DNA from: a virus
Taxonomy: Duplodnaviria; Heunggongvirae; Uroviricota; Caudoviricetes
Strand: one strand, 5' to 3'
Virus record (IMG/VR): IMGVR_UViG_2531839450_000016
Location: 1 to 33,778 of that record
DNA length: 33,778 nt
The notes below the pieces were generated by a model. It was not told the origin of the DNA. It saw nothing but the letters and a program-made list of their open reading frames with translations, and made no database searches. The stretch's first letter is position 1. Every line of letters starts with the position of its first letter. The translations under genes were made by a program, and so were the position numbers. Positions 17,434 to 26,207 of the stretch are shown one piece after another.

Positions 17434-18492
17434 TTACGCTCCGGCTTCTGCTGCTGCGGCGCTGAAGTCGCCAATCTGGATGTTTTCCACCAGTGCGGCG
17501 CAGCGGTAGTCCTCAACCACATAGGCTTCGTTAACGGATTCAAAGTTTTCAATCCGGTCACGTTTCGGGTTGTCGATAACTGAGCGGCGGCGGGTGTCTT
17601 CCTGCCAGTAGATGGACAGGTTATCCAGACGGGTGATCAGCAGTGCATTCGGCGGGAAGAACGGCGCACGCACGGCCTGCAGGCCACCCATGCGTTTCTG
17701 ACTGATGATCATATCGGCAGCCAGTTTTTCACTGTTTTCCTGCTCTTTGTTGACCAGCGGGAAATACTTGTCAGACAGCAGTTCACGACCGCAAATCACC
17801 ACCAGATCGTCATCGTCCTGGTAGACCACGTCGATAAGCTCATTGACGGCATCCATCACCACGGCGTCCAGGTTGGCATATTCGCCACCTTTCCCGACTT
17901 TCACCGCACCCGGTGTGGTTTCACCGCCCGTGGTGGTGCTACCCATGACGTGATCCGGTGCATCTTCACGGATTTTCTGCAGCCAGCCTTTGTTCACATC
18001 CTGCAGCAGCGGGTTTTCGCTACGGTTGGAGGTTTTCGCACGCTTCACGCCGTTAAAGCCGATCATGATGCGGTCCAGTGCCTGACGTTTCACGATGGCG
18101 TCACGGATACGCACCTGAAAATCCTGAAACTTCGCCCACAGGTCCAGCTTCGCGTAGGTCAGCACCGTGTCAAAGTTGGTCTGCTCGCATTTATATTCCA
18201 CATCGACCATCAGCGTCGGATCGACAGGTTCACGCTCTTTCGCGGTGGTATCAGTGGTTCCGGCAATGGTGCTGCCAACTCCCAACCCCAGCAGCTGACC
18301 GGACTGCTCAGTCACTGGCGTGACGTTAATCAGCGTCAGGAAAGCGGCGGACTGCTGGATCTGGTCTTCCAATGTCTGCTGCACGGACGGCTCTACGGTG
18401 AACTTGCTGGACAGTTCTTCAACTGCCACACCGTTCAGACGCGCCAGCTGCTGCAGGTAAGCGTTAAAAGCAAAGCGGGTATTCTTCTTCAT
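17434..18492 (-). CDS. N: Major capsid protein gpN
   Basis: 352-aa ORF; P2 synteny and size. Confidence 0.9.
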   Translation of the reverse strand: MKKNTRFAFNAYLQQLARLNGVAVEELSSKFTVEPSVQQTLEDQIQQSAAFLTLINVTPVTEQSGQLLGLGVGSTIAGTTDTTAKEREPVDPTLMVDVEYKCEQTNFDTVLTYAKLDLWAKFQDFQVRIRDAIVKRQALDRIMIGFNGVKRAKTSNRSENPLLQDVNKGWLQKIREDAPDHVMGSTTTGGETTPGAVKVGKGGEYANLDAVVMDAVNELIDVVYQDDDDLVVICGRELLSDKYFPLVNKEQENSEKLAADMIISQKRMGGLQAVRAPFFPPNALLITRLDNLSIYWQEDTRRRSVIDNPKRDRIENFESVNEAYVVEDYRCAALVENIQIGDFSAAAAEAGA

Positions 18493-18508
18493 CGGGTTTT
18501 GTGCTCCA

Positions 18509-19342
18509 TCAGCAATTGGTCAGAGTGTCAGCGGGGGCGTTACCGCCTGTTGCACGCTGGCGGTAGTCCTGGCGGCTGTCTTCATGACTCAGCTTATTCA
18601 CCAGTTCGTTAAAGGCGGTCTGCTGTGCCTGCAGGGCAGTCTCCAGCTCAGACAGACGTTCTTCCTGCTCAGACAGGGATTTTTCGGTGCGTGCGCTCAG
18701 GTTCTGCTGCTCAGTGGCGACCAGCTCCACGGCCTTATGCACATCAGAGAACCGGGCGTCATCGGACTGCTCTTTTTTGGTGAACAGCGCCGTGACACGG
18801 GTAAACAGGGACGGCTTGTCCTCCTGGATTTCTTCCAGTTCGATCACCGTTTCCTCTGCGGCGGTAAAGAGATTGGCGGGATTCTGCTTGCGGTTTGCCA
18901 GCGGGTTATGGGCTGCACTGGCGCTGAATGTCAGCATTTCCGTACCCAGACTGGCGGGATCATCAGTGGCAGCCAGGCCGACCAGGTAGGCTTTGCCCGT
19001 ATCAGCAAACTTCGGGCTGACTTCCATAGAGGTGAATAATTTCTGGCCTTTTTTCACCAGCTCCACCAGGGACTCCGTTGGCTCAACGTCGGCATACAGC
19101 GCCATCTTGCCTGCCAGCGGACCTTCCGTGATTTCTTCAGCAAACAGCGCCGTCACCTTGCCGTAGCGGTTAAAGGTGCTGTCCGGCAGATAAGACTTGA
19201 TGTGCTCAAGGTTAATCAGCGCGGTATACACCGCCGGGTTGTAGCTGGCTGCCATCTGTTCCAGCCATTCACGCTGGATTTCGCGTCCGTCGGTGGTGGC
19301 ACCTTCCACCCCGATGCGAAAACGCTTTGCTTTCACTGTCAT
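18509..19342 (-). CDS. O: Capsid scaffolding protein gpO
   Basis: 277-aa ORF with a coiled-coil C-terminal half; first gene of the O-N-M-L operon, divergent from P. Confidence 0.9.
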   Translation of the reverse strand: MTVKAKRFRIGVEGATTDGREIQREWLEQMAASYNPAVYTALINLEHIKSYLPDSTFNRYGKVTALFAEEITEGPLAGKMALYADVEPTESLVELVKKGQKLFTSMEVSPKFADTGKAYLVGLAATDDPASLGTEMLTFSASAAHNPLANRKQNPANLFTAAEETVIELEEIQEDKPSLFTRVTALFTKKEQSDDARFSDVHKAVELVATEQQNLSARTEKSLSEQEERLSELETALQAQQTAFNELVNKLSHEDSRQDYRQRATGGNAPADTLTNC

Positions 19343-19420
19343 GAGCCGTGCTCCGTTAGAAAAAACTTACTGGAGCCTTATGGTTGCGGTGATGGGGGCA
19401 GTGAAACAATGCGCGGTATT

Positions 19421-19438
19421 TGTACCGACAACCACACA
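19421..19438. promoter_or_regulatory. Candidate Ogr-binding dyad (TGT-N12-ACA) in the divergent P/O late promoter region
   Basis: TGTaccgacaaccacACA, about 55 bp upstream of the P start codon and about 88 bp upstream of the O start codon. Confidence 0.45.
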
Positions 19439-19484
19439 AACCGCAGGCGGGGAAAGCCGTCATTCAAGGCTGTAGGTTTGTGCC

Positions 19485-21251
19485 ATGAACACCACACTGA
19501 CACCCGCAGATCTCGATCCCCGTCGGCAGGCCATGCTGCTGTACTTTCAGGGATACCGCGTCGCCCGCATTGCTGAAATGCTGGGCGAGAAAGTTGCAAC
19601 CGTTCACAGCTGGAAAAAACGCGACAAGTGGGGTGACTATGGGCCGCTGGATCAGATGCAGCTCACCACCGCCGCACGCTACTGCCAGCTCATTATGAAG
19701 GAGCACAAAGAAGGGAAAGATTTCAAAGAAATTGACCTGCTGGCACGCCAGTCTGAGCGCCACGCGCGGATCGGCAAGTTTAACAATGGCGGCAACGAAG
19801 CCGACTTAAACCCTAACGTTGCCAACCGCAACAAAGGCCCACGTCGTCAGCCGGAAAAGAATGTTTTCACCGATGAACAGATTGAGAAACTGGAAGAAAT
19901 CTTCCATTCCTCTATGTTCAACTACCAGCGTCACTGGTGGGAAGCCGGAAAAACCAACCGCATCCGCAACCTGCTGAAGTCACGCCAGATCGGCGCGACC
20001 TTTTACTTTGCCCGTGAAGCCCTGATTGACGCCCTGCTGACCGGGCGTAACCAGATTTTCCTTTCTGCCAGCAAGGCTCAGGCCCACGTCTTTAAACAGT
20101 ACATCATCGACTTTGCCAAAGAAGTGGAGGTGGAGCTGAAAGGCGATCCGATGGTGCTTCCTAACGGGGCCACGCTTTACTTCCTCGGCACCAATGCCCG
20201 CACGGCCCAGAGTTACCACGGCAACCTGTATCTGGATGAATATTTCTGGATACCGAAATTCCAGGAGCTGCGTAAAGTGGCTTCCGGTATGGCTATTCAC
20301 AAAAAATGGCGACAAACCTATTTTTCCACGCCATCCAGTCTGACACACAGTGCTTATCCGTTCTGGTCCGGTGCGCTGTTCAACCGTGGGCGCAACAAAG
20401 CCGATAAGGTGGACATCGACCTGTCCCACAGCAATCTGGCCCCCGGCCTGCTGTGCGCAGACGGGCAATACCGCCAGATAGTCACCGTGGAAGATGCGGT
20501 GCGCGGCGGCTGTAACCTGTTCGACCTTGACCAGTTGCGCATGGAGTACAGCCCGGACGAATACCAGAACCTGCTGATGTGCGAGTTTGTGGACGATCTC
20601 GCGTCCGTGTTCCCGCTCAGCGAGCTGCAGGCAGGCATGGTGGACAGCTGGGAAGTCTGGACCGACTTTCATGCACTGGCCCTGCGCCCGTTTGGCTGGC
20701 GCGAAGTGTGGATCGGTTATGACCCGGCAAAAGGTACGCAGAACGGCGACAGTGCCGGATGCGTGGTGGTGGCGCCGCCAGCCGTGCCGGGTGGTAAGTT
20801 CCGCATTCTTGAGCGTCACCAGTGGCGCGGGATGGACTTCCGCGCCCAGGCTGACGCCATCAAAAAACTGACCGAACAGTATAACGTGACCTATATCGGC
20901 ATCGACTCGACCGGCGTCGGTCACGGGGTTTACGAGAACGTGAAAGCGTTTTTTCCTGCCGTCAGGGAGTTTGTCTACAACCCCAACGTTAAAAACGCCC
21001 TGGTACTCAAGGCCTACGACATTATCAGCCACCGCCGTCTGGAGTTTGACGCCGGGCACACCGACATTGCGCAGTCATTTATGGCAATCCGTCGCGCTAC
21101 CACTGCCAGTGGCAACCGCCCGACCTATGAAGCCAGCCGCAGCGAAGAAGCCAGCCATGCCGATCTGGCCTGGGCAACAATGCACGCACTGTTTAACGAA
21201 CCGCTGCAGGGCGAGTCCGCCAATACCAGCAATATTGTGGAGATTTTTTGA
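19485..21251 (+). CDS. P: Terminase ATPase (large) subunit gpP
   Basis: 588-aa ORF, divergent from O and followed by Q with a 4-nt overlap; P2 synteny and size. Confidence 0.9.
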   Translation: MNTTLTPADLDPRRQAMLLYFQGYRVARIAEMLGEKVATVHSWKKRDKWGDYGPLDQMQLTTAARYCQLIMKEHKEGKDFKEIDLLARQSERHARIGKFNNGGNEADLNPNVANRNKGPRRQPEKNVFTDEQIEKLEEIFHSSMFNYQRHWWEAGKTNRIRNLLKSRQIGATFYFAREALIDALLTGRNQIFLSASKAQAHVFKQYIIDFAKEVEVELKGDPMVLPNGATLYFLGTNARTAQSYHGNLYLDEYFWIPKFQELRKVASGMAIHKKWRQTYFSTPSSLTHSAYPFWSGALFNRGRNKADKVDIDLSHSNLAPGLLCADGQYRQIVTVEDAVRGGCNLFDLDQLRMEYSPDEYQNLLMCEFVDDLASVFPLSELQAGMVDSWEVWTDFHALALRPFGWREVWIGYDPAKGTQNGDSAGCVVVAPPAVPGGKFRILERHQWRGMDFRAQADAIKKLTEQYNVTYIGIDSTGVGHGVYENVKAFFPAVREFVYNPNVKNALVLKAYDIISHRRLEFDAGHTDIAQSFMAIRRATTASGNRPTYEASRSEEASHADLAWATMHALFNEPLQGESANTSNIVEIF

Positions 21252-22276
21252 TGGGAAAGAGTAAGAAGAACCGCGCTGCGTCGACGAAACAGATCCAGCA
21301 TAAAAGCCAGACTTCAGCCGAAGCATTCAGCTTCGGTGATCCCGTTCCTGTTCTGGACCGCCGCGAACTGCTGGACTATGTGGAATGCGTACAGATGGAT
21401 CGTTGGTATGAGCCGCCTGTGAGTTTCGACGGACTGGCGCGAACCTTCCGCGCCGCCGTGCATCACAGCTCACCGATTGCAGTGAAGTGCAACATTCTGA
21501 CCAGCACCTACATCCCTCACCCGCTGCTCAGCCAGCAGGCTTTTTCGCGTTTTGTGCAGGACTATCTGGTTTTTGGTAACGCCTACCTGGAGAAACGCAC
21601 GAACCGCTTCGGTGAAGTTATCGCCCTTGAGCCTGCACTGGCAAAATACACCCGCCGCGGGTTAGACCTGGATACCTACTGGTTTGTGCAATACGGTATG
21701 ACAACCCAGCCGTATCAGTTCACGAAAGGCAGCATTTTTCATCTGATGGAACCGGACATTAACCAGGAGATCTACGGCCTGCCCGGTTATCTTTCTGCCA
21801 TTCCGTCAGCTCTGCTCAACGAGTCCGCCACGCTGTTCCGCCGCAAGTATTACATTAACGGCAGTCATGCAGGATTCATCATGTACATGACCGATGCTGC
21901 GCAGAACCAGGAGGATGTGAACAACCTCCGCAATGCGATGAAAAGCGCCAAAGGTCCTGGTAACTTCCGTAACCTGTTTATGTACTCGCCTAACGGTAAA
22001 AAGGACGGGCTTCAGATTATCCCGTTGTCAGAAGTGGCGGCGAAGGATGAGTTCCTGAATATCAAGAACGTGAGCCGGGACGACATGATGGCGGCGCATC
22101 GCGTGCCGCCTCAGATGATGGGGATTATGCCGAATAATGTCGGGGGATTTGGGGATGTGGAGAAGGCCGCAAATGTATTTGTGCGTAATGAGTTAATTCC
22201 GCTTCAAAGAATTATACAAGGATTTAACGGATTTATTGGTGACGACATCATAAACTTCGAAAAATATAAATTATAG
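21248..22276 (+). CDS. Q: Portal protein gpQ
   Basis: 342-aa ORF downstream of P; P2 synteny and size. Confidence 0.9.
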   Translation: MMGKSKKNRAASTKQIQHKSQTSAEAFSFGDPVPVLDRRELLDYVECVQMDRWYEPPVSFDGLARTFRAAVHHSSPIAVKCNILTSTYIPHPLLSQQAFSRFVQDYLVFGNAYLEKRTNRFGEVIALEPALAKYTRRGLDLDTYWFVQYGMTTQPYQFTKGSIFHLMEPDINQEIYGLPGYLSAIPSALLNESATLFRRKYYINGSHAGFIMYMTDAAQNQEDVNNLRNAMKSAKGPGNFRNLFMYSPNGKKDGLQIIPLSEVAAKDEFLNIKNVSRDDMMAAHRVPPQMMGIMPNNVGGFGDVEKAANVFVRNELIPLQRIIQGFNGFIGDDIINFEKYKL

Positions 22277-22280
22277 AAAA

Positions 22281-22300
22281 TAGGCCTGTAATCAGGCCTA
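22281..22300. terminator. Hairpin between the convergent Q gene and the SIR2-like gene (possible bidirectional terminator)
   Basis: TAGGCCTG-taat-CAGGCCTA, located 5 nt after the Q stop and 6 nt before the SIR2-like stop. Confidence 0.45.
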
Positions 22301-22305
22301 GTATA

Positions 22306-23385
22306 CTAACATTGTTTACATAAATCAGAAAAACTACCACCGAAATAATACAGTGCAGATTTATCATTTAGTTCTTTAAAAACTTCACACGCACGCTGGT
22401 GTATCTCAATAGCACTAGATTTATTTCGCCCAATAATAACAGTCTCTTTTTCAGTACTATCGCCATCCAGAAAAGTCTTCAAAAGAAAATTAATAATAAA
22501 GTCTTCCTTTGGGAAAGAATAACCTATAAAGATCAACAGATCTGCTTGTCTCAACTGGGTAGAGGATTTCACAAAAGCTGTCTTAAAGTATTTATCCCCA
22601 TAGTCTTGTTCATTTGAAGGCAAGATAATATTTGGAACAACTTTTGCGTTTAATAATGAATCATAATCTATTTTAAAACCATCCCTTGCAGCAACAACCT
22701 CAAATCCTCCATTAAGCTTATACAAACCTATACCTTTAGGCTGAGGACACACTAATATATTATTATGATGCACAGGAAAACCCCGATTAACTGAACGTTC
22801 AGGGAATGCATGATGTAGCACTTTATCAATAACTATATCGTAGTTTGTTGTGACTACATCCAGTGCTGAAGCTTCCTGTAAACTCTTAAAGAAAGAAATA
22901 ATATTCCTTTTATTCTGCCCAAATTTTGCAGTTTGACTTAGCTTTAAATCATTTGCCGGTATTTTTTTTGCAAACTTATTTTTTACATATAGTTTTACTT
23001 GTGCCTCAAACAACTCAAGCGTATGCCTATCAAGATACGACGGCAATAAACTTGGATATCGCTTATAAACATCCAATGCATATTTAAAACTCTTGAAAAC
23101 ATTAGCTTTGTCATCTAAACCTGCATTAGCATCCGCCCATTTAAATTTAAGACTGTCGAACAAAGAAAAAAAACCATACTCATCAATATTTTCTAATGCT
23201 TCGTCTTCAGAGATGGAAAAGACTTCATTACTCAATGGGTATTTGTCATCCCAGGCTTTAGAAAATCCTGCTCCGAGAAAAACACATACTCTTCGCTCTC
23301 TTATTTTTGATTTCAATGTGGCGAAGGATGTAATTTCTAAATTATTAGGTGTCAAAATATCACCATCATAAGCAAAGCTAGTCAT
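22306..23385 (-). CDS. SIR2-like domain protein (putative NAD-dependent effector), second gene of an accessory cassette
   Basis: 359-aa ORF carrying, in order, VCVFLGAGFSKAW, VVTTNYD, YKLNGG and LLIFIGYSFPKED, which match the motif order of SIR2-like defence domains as I recall them; strongly AT-rich; starts 13 nt after the ATPase stop. Confidence 0.6.
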   Translation of the reverse strand: MTSFAYDGDILTPNNLEITSFATLKSKIRERRVCVFLGAGFSKAWDDKYPLSNEVFSISEDEALENIDEYGFFSLFDSLKFKWADANAGLDDKANVFKSFKYALDVYKRYPSLLPSYLDRHTLELFEAQVKLYVKNKFAKKIPANDLKLSQTAKFGQNKRNIISFFKSLQEASALDVVTTNYDIVIDKVLHHAFPERSVNRGFPVHHNNILVCPQPKGIGLYKLNGGFEVVAARDGFKIDYDSLLNAKVVPNIILPSNEQDYGDKYFKTAFVKSSTQLRQADLLIFIGYSFPKEDFIINFLLKTFLDGDSTEKETVIIGRNKSSAIEIHQRACEVFKELNDKSALYYFGGSFSDLCKQC

Positions 23386-23398
23386 GTTTTTCTCACGC

Positions 23399-24628
23399 TT
23401 AGTTTTTTATATCAAGAAAAGCTGGAACTAATCCAAATTCGCCACGTAAATATTTGGCAGACACTTTAGCATCTTTCCTTACAGAAAATACCGTAGCATT
23501 AGTTATTATCGACGCTTTAGATGAATCCTTGACTATAATATTAAGCTCATCTCTTCTAAACACATCATCTAATAAAGGAATATTATGTGTAGACATAATA
23601 AACTGCACACCATTTTTACGGCAGGTTTTATCAAATATTTTTTTGATTAGTGCACTTGCCAAAGAATAGTGAATAGATGAATCTATTTCATCCACATAAA
23701 GTGTAAAATCATATTCACTAGCCCAAATCAATATTGCTAAAAATGTTAAAACATTTAGTGTGCCTTGGGAAAAAAATTCATCCCTACGGTCAGGGCCTAT
23801 TCTAGTAAAATCACCATCATCATTTTTTATGAGATAAACAAATTTATACTCATTATCTTCGCCAAATCTTACAAATTCAACTTTATCTATATGCAGCGGC
23901 GACTGAATAACCATTTCATTATAGGTATTTAAAATTCTTTGACCACTCTCATTTAATTTTTCATTTCCTTCCTCACCTGATAACTGGCGCTTAAGTTGTC
24001 CTTCAACAAATTTAAGACTTGGATTTTTGAATTTTTCAGAGTAATAAGGCAATTGTTTTAATGCCCAGCGTTGGGTTTCAACAAGAGCATCAATTTCTAA
24101 AGATTTTGCAAAAGTTACAACAGCTCCACTTTCTCTTAAGACAGGATTAATCAACGACTCGTATTTTTTTAAGTCGGGCTTTTTGAAAACCAACCCATTT
24201 TCATTGCGAATAAAAATACATTGTTCCCTTGCATTTTTTCTTATCGGTCTAATGTATAAATACTCATCTACAATAACTTCATTTAAAACTGACACACCAT
24301 AACGGACGAAGTTTTTTTGCTCTTCATCAATCAGTATCGCTTCATAGGAAGTAGGTTTGTTACGACATTCCTTATTTAGAAGGAAAGGCATATGCAATTT
24401 GTGTAATGTGTCACTATGAATTGAATTTGCAAATTCAGTAATAGCATTTATTAATTGTGTTTTACCAACACCATTTCCGCCTATTAATGCGGCAAATCTG
24501 TTTACTCTTAAACCATTCGCTAATGTCACGATATGTTCAGGATGCTCATCCCCAATTGAGGAAGCAAAACTAAGAACCTGTCTTTCGCGAAAGCTCTTGT
24601 AATTTTCTAAACTGAATGCAACTAGCAT
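23399..24628 (-). CDS. ABC-type (AAA_15/AAA_21-like) ATPase, first gene of an accessory cassette
   Basis: 409-aa ORF; N-terminal MLVAFSLENYKSF followed by Walker A GGNGVGKT at about residue 50; C-terminal LYVDEIDSSIH (Walker B/D-loop) and STHN (H-loop-like); GAGGA ribosome-binding site 6 nt before the ATG; AT-rich. Confidence 0.7.
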   Translation of the reverse strand: MLVAFSLENYKSFRERQVLSFASSIGDEHPEHIVTLANGLRVNRFAALIGGNGVGKTQLINAITEFANSIHSDTLHKLHMPFLLNKECRNKPTSYEAILIDEEQKNFVRYGVSVLNEVIVDEYLYIRPIRKNAREQCIFIRNENGLVFKKPDLKKYESLINPVLRESGAVVTFAKSLEIDALVETQRWALKQLPYYSEKFKNPSLKFVEGQLKRQLSGEEGNEKLNESGQRILNTYNEMVIQSPLHIDKVEFVRFGEDNEYKFVYLIKNDDGDFTRIGPDRRDEFFSQGTLNVLTFLAILIWASEYDFTLYVDEIDSSIHYSLASALIKKIFDKTCRKNGVQFIMSTHNIPLLDDVFRRDELNIIVKDSSKASIITNATVFSVRKDAKVSAKYLRGEFGLVPAFLDIKN

Positions 24629-24748
24629 CTGAAGTCCTCATTTTTGCGTAAAAAACGCATTTTTGACTATTTCGGTAATGTAATCCAGTGCTAACGCAAA
24701 AGCAACTTAACATTTTATGTTATATTATTAATTATGTATCCGCGCGCG

Positions 24749-24767
24749 CTCGTATCCCCGCCACGCC
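24749..24767 (-). other. Candidate cos site (19-nt cohesive end)
   Basis: Minus-strand GGCGTGGCGGGGATACGAG followed by CGCGCGC resembles the P2 cohesive end as I recall it (GGCGAGGCGGGGAAAGCAC then TGCGCGC); located in the Q-to-A interval where cos is expected. Confidence 0.5.
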
Positions 24768-24816
24768 TGCCCGCTTTATGTAGTGGTTTTCATGCACCTG
24801 CATGATCTACGCAAAA

Positions 24817-24836
24817 GCCCGCCAGAACTGGCGGGC
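24817..24836 (-). terminator. Rho-independent terminator downstream of the lipoprotein gene
   Basis: Stem GCCCGCCA / TGGCGGGC (8 bp, 4-nt loop) followed by TTTT on the minus strand. Confidence 0.45.
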
Positions 24837-24940
24837 CTTAACACAAAAGATCCTCAAACGATCATGCGATCTCATGCAGCATAGACATGCGCGTTTATGC
24901 AGAATGTGCAAAATCGTAACATACTCAGCAAGCGTGAAAC

Positions 24941-25618
24941 CTAGAACGTGACAGCCTTGTCAAAGCCAGAAATAATTGTATAGGAAATAGACGAGTTATC
25001 AGCCTTGTTCACTTTGAACTTGGCACCTTTGTAAGCGATAACATCACTTCCCTTAGAATCTACAGAAAAATCTGTTGTAAACGCTGCACGAGCCATATCG
25101 TTTGCAAACTCACGATAGGTAAACTTCATTACACCGTCTGCATTTCCATTGTATTCGATAGTCTTAACCAATGAGTTACTCACTCGACACAGCCCATCAG
25201 GAACACGCTTGATAGAAATTTCTGAGGCTGTATAAGAAGTGCCGTTTGGTGGTGATATCTCATTTTTTGCAGCATCGTAACTTACATAATCAACATAGGT
25301 GCCGATTTGTCCATAGATATTTTTTAGCGCAACAGCTTGAGGATTATGATGATTGCGGTAAATTCCATTCCCTTCGCTGCAATATGTACCTGCAGAGATA
25401 GAAGATAGCGCACCATTAGCCGCACCAAGCTCTAGTACGTCCGTTTTATATCCAGTAGCAGATGTTATGATGGGGTCGCCCATGTAGGCTGTAGCACTTT
25501 GCCCAATAGCAGGCTTCACCACTTCAATAGCTGTGATATTTCGGTTAGAAGCATGAGGCACGCAACCAGTTAGGATTACAGCAAGAGATATAGGTAACGC
25601 AATATGGTTAATTTTCAT
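24941..25618 (-). CDS. Lipoprotein of unknown function (accessory gene next to cos)
   Basis: Likely start at the internal Met MKINHIALPISLAVILTGC (signal peptide with lipobox LTGC); AT-rich; occupies the position of tin/old in P2. Confidence 0.6.
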   Translation of the reverse strand: MKINHIALPISLAVILTGCVPHASNRNITAIEVVKPAIGQSATAYMGDPIITSATGYKTDVLELGAANGALSSISAGTYCSEGNGIYRNHHNPQAVALKNIYGQIGTYVDYVSYDAAKNEISPPNGTSYTASEISIKRVPDGLCRVSNSLVKTIEYNGNADGVMKFTYREFANDMARAAFTTDFSVDSKGSDVIAYKGAKFKVNKADNSSISYTIISGFDKAVTF

Positions 25619-25731
25619 TTTTAGCCTATTATTCTTTTCTTGACAAAAAACGAGGCGATATCTGATTGACATCACCTCTCACTCATATGTAACCCTTTTT
25701 AAGTATTAAAAACAAGCATCTATTGACAAAA

Positions 25732-25965
25732 TCAATGCAGCCAGCTGTCGTCTTCCCACACCTTCTGCATAATTTTCATCACTTGTTTTCTTTCTTCATC
25801 CAGTTGCAGTCCGGTCAGTTCCACACCGTTAGAGCTACCTTTACGGATACGAATTACCGTTTTGGGATATAGGGGGCGCAGATTGCGGTAAAGCTCGGAT
25901 TCAAGGGCGTCCAGGGTAGACTGGCTAATCTTCTGCTCTTTATCGATCATTATTTCAATGCGCAT
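25732..25965 (-). CDS. DinI-family protein
   Basis: From the internal Met: MRIEIMIDKEQKISQSTLDALESELYRNL...KIMQKVWEDDSWLH, which resembles E. coli DinI (MRIEVTIAK...ALAGEL...ETWESADDW); strong GAGGTGA ribosome-binding site. Confidence 0.8.
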   Translation of the reverse strand: MRIEIMIDKEQKISQSTLDALESELYRNLRPLYPKTVIRIRKGSSNGVELTGLQLDEERKQVMKIMQKVWEDDSWLH

Positions 25966-25975
25966 AAAAGTCACC

Positions 25976-26164
25976 TCAACTGATGACATCCATTGAGCGG
26001 TTGTATTCGTGGGTTCTGATTTTTGCCATGAGTTCATCTGTCAGTTCAGAAACCCACTGCAGGGCCAGCCCCTTCTCTTCATCACTACACTCACTAGCCG
26101 CTACAAGCTTAAGAAAAAAATCAATGCGCTGGAGCTTCAAAGACTCCAAAAAATAGTCCTGCAT
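25976..26164 (-). CDS. Small hypothetical protein (62 aa) upstream of the DinI-like gene
   Basis: ORF from MQDYFLESLK... with an AGGAGG ribosome-binding site; immediately downstream of a LexA-box-like sequence. Confidence 0.5.
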   Translation of the reverse strand: MQDYFLESLKLQRIDFFLKLVAASECSDEEKGLALQWVSELTDELMAKIRTHEYNRSMDVIS

Positions 26165-26207
26165 TTTTCCTCCTATGACACCACAAGCAATACTGTATAC
26201 ATAACCA

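Noticed and set aside
22277-22305. Expected cos site immediately downstream of Q as in P2
   Set aside because: The interval is only 29 bp and consists of an AT-flanked hairpin with no similarity to cos; a cos-like sequence is found instead at about 24749-24767.
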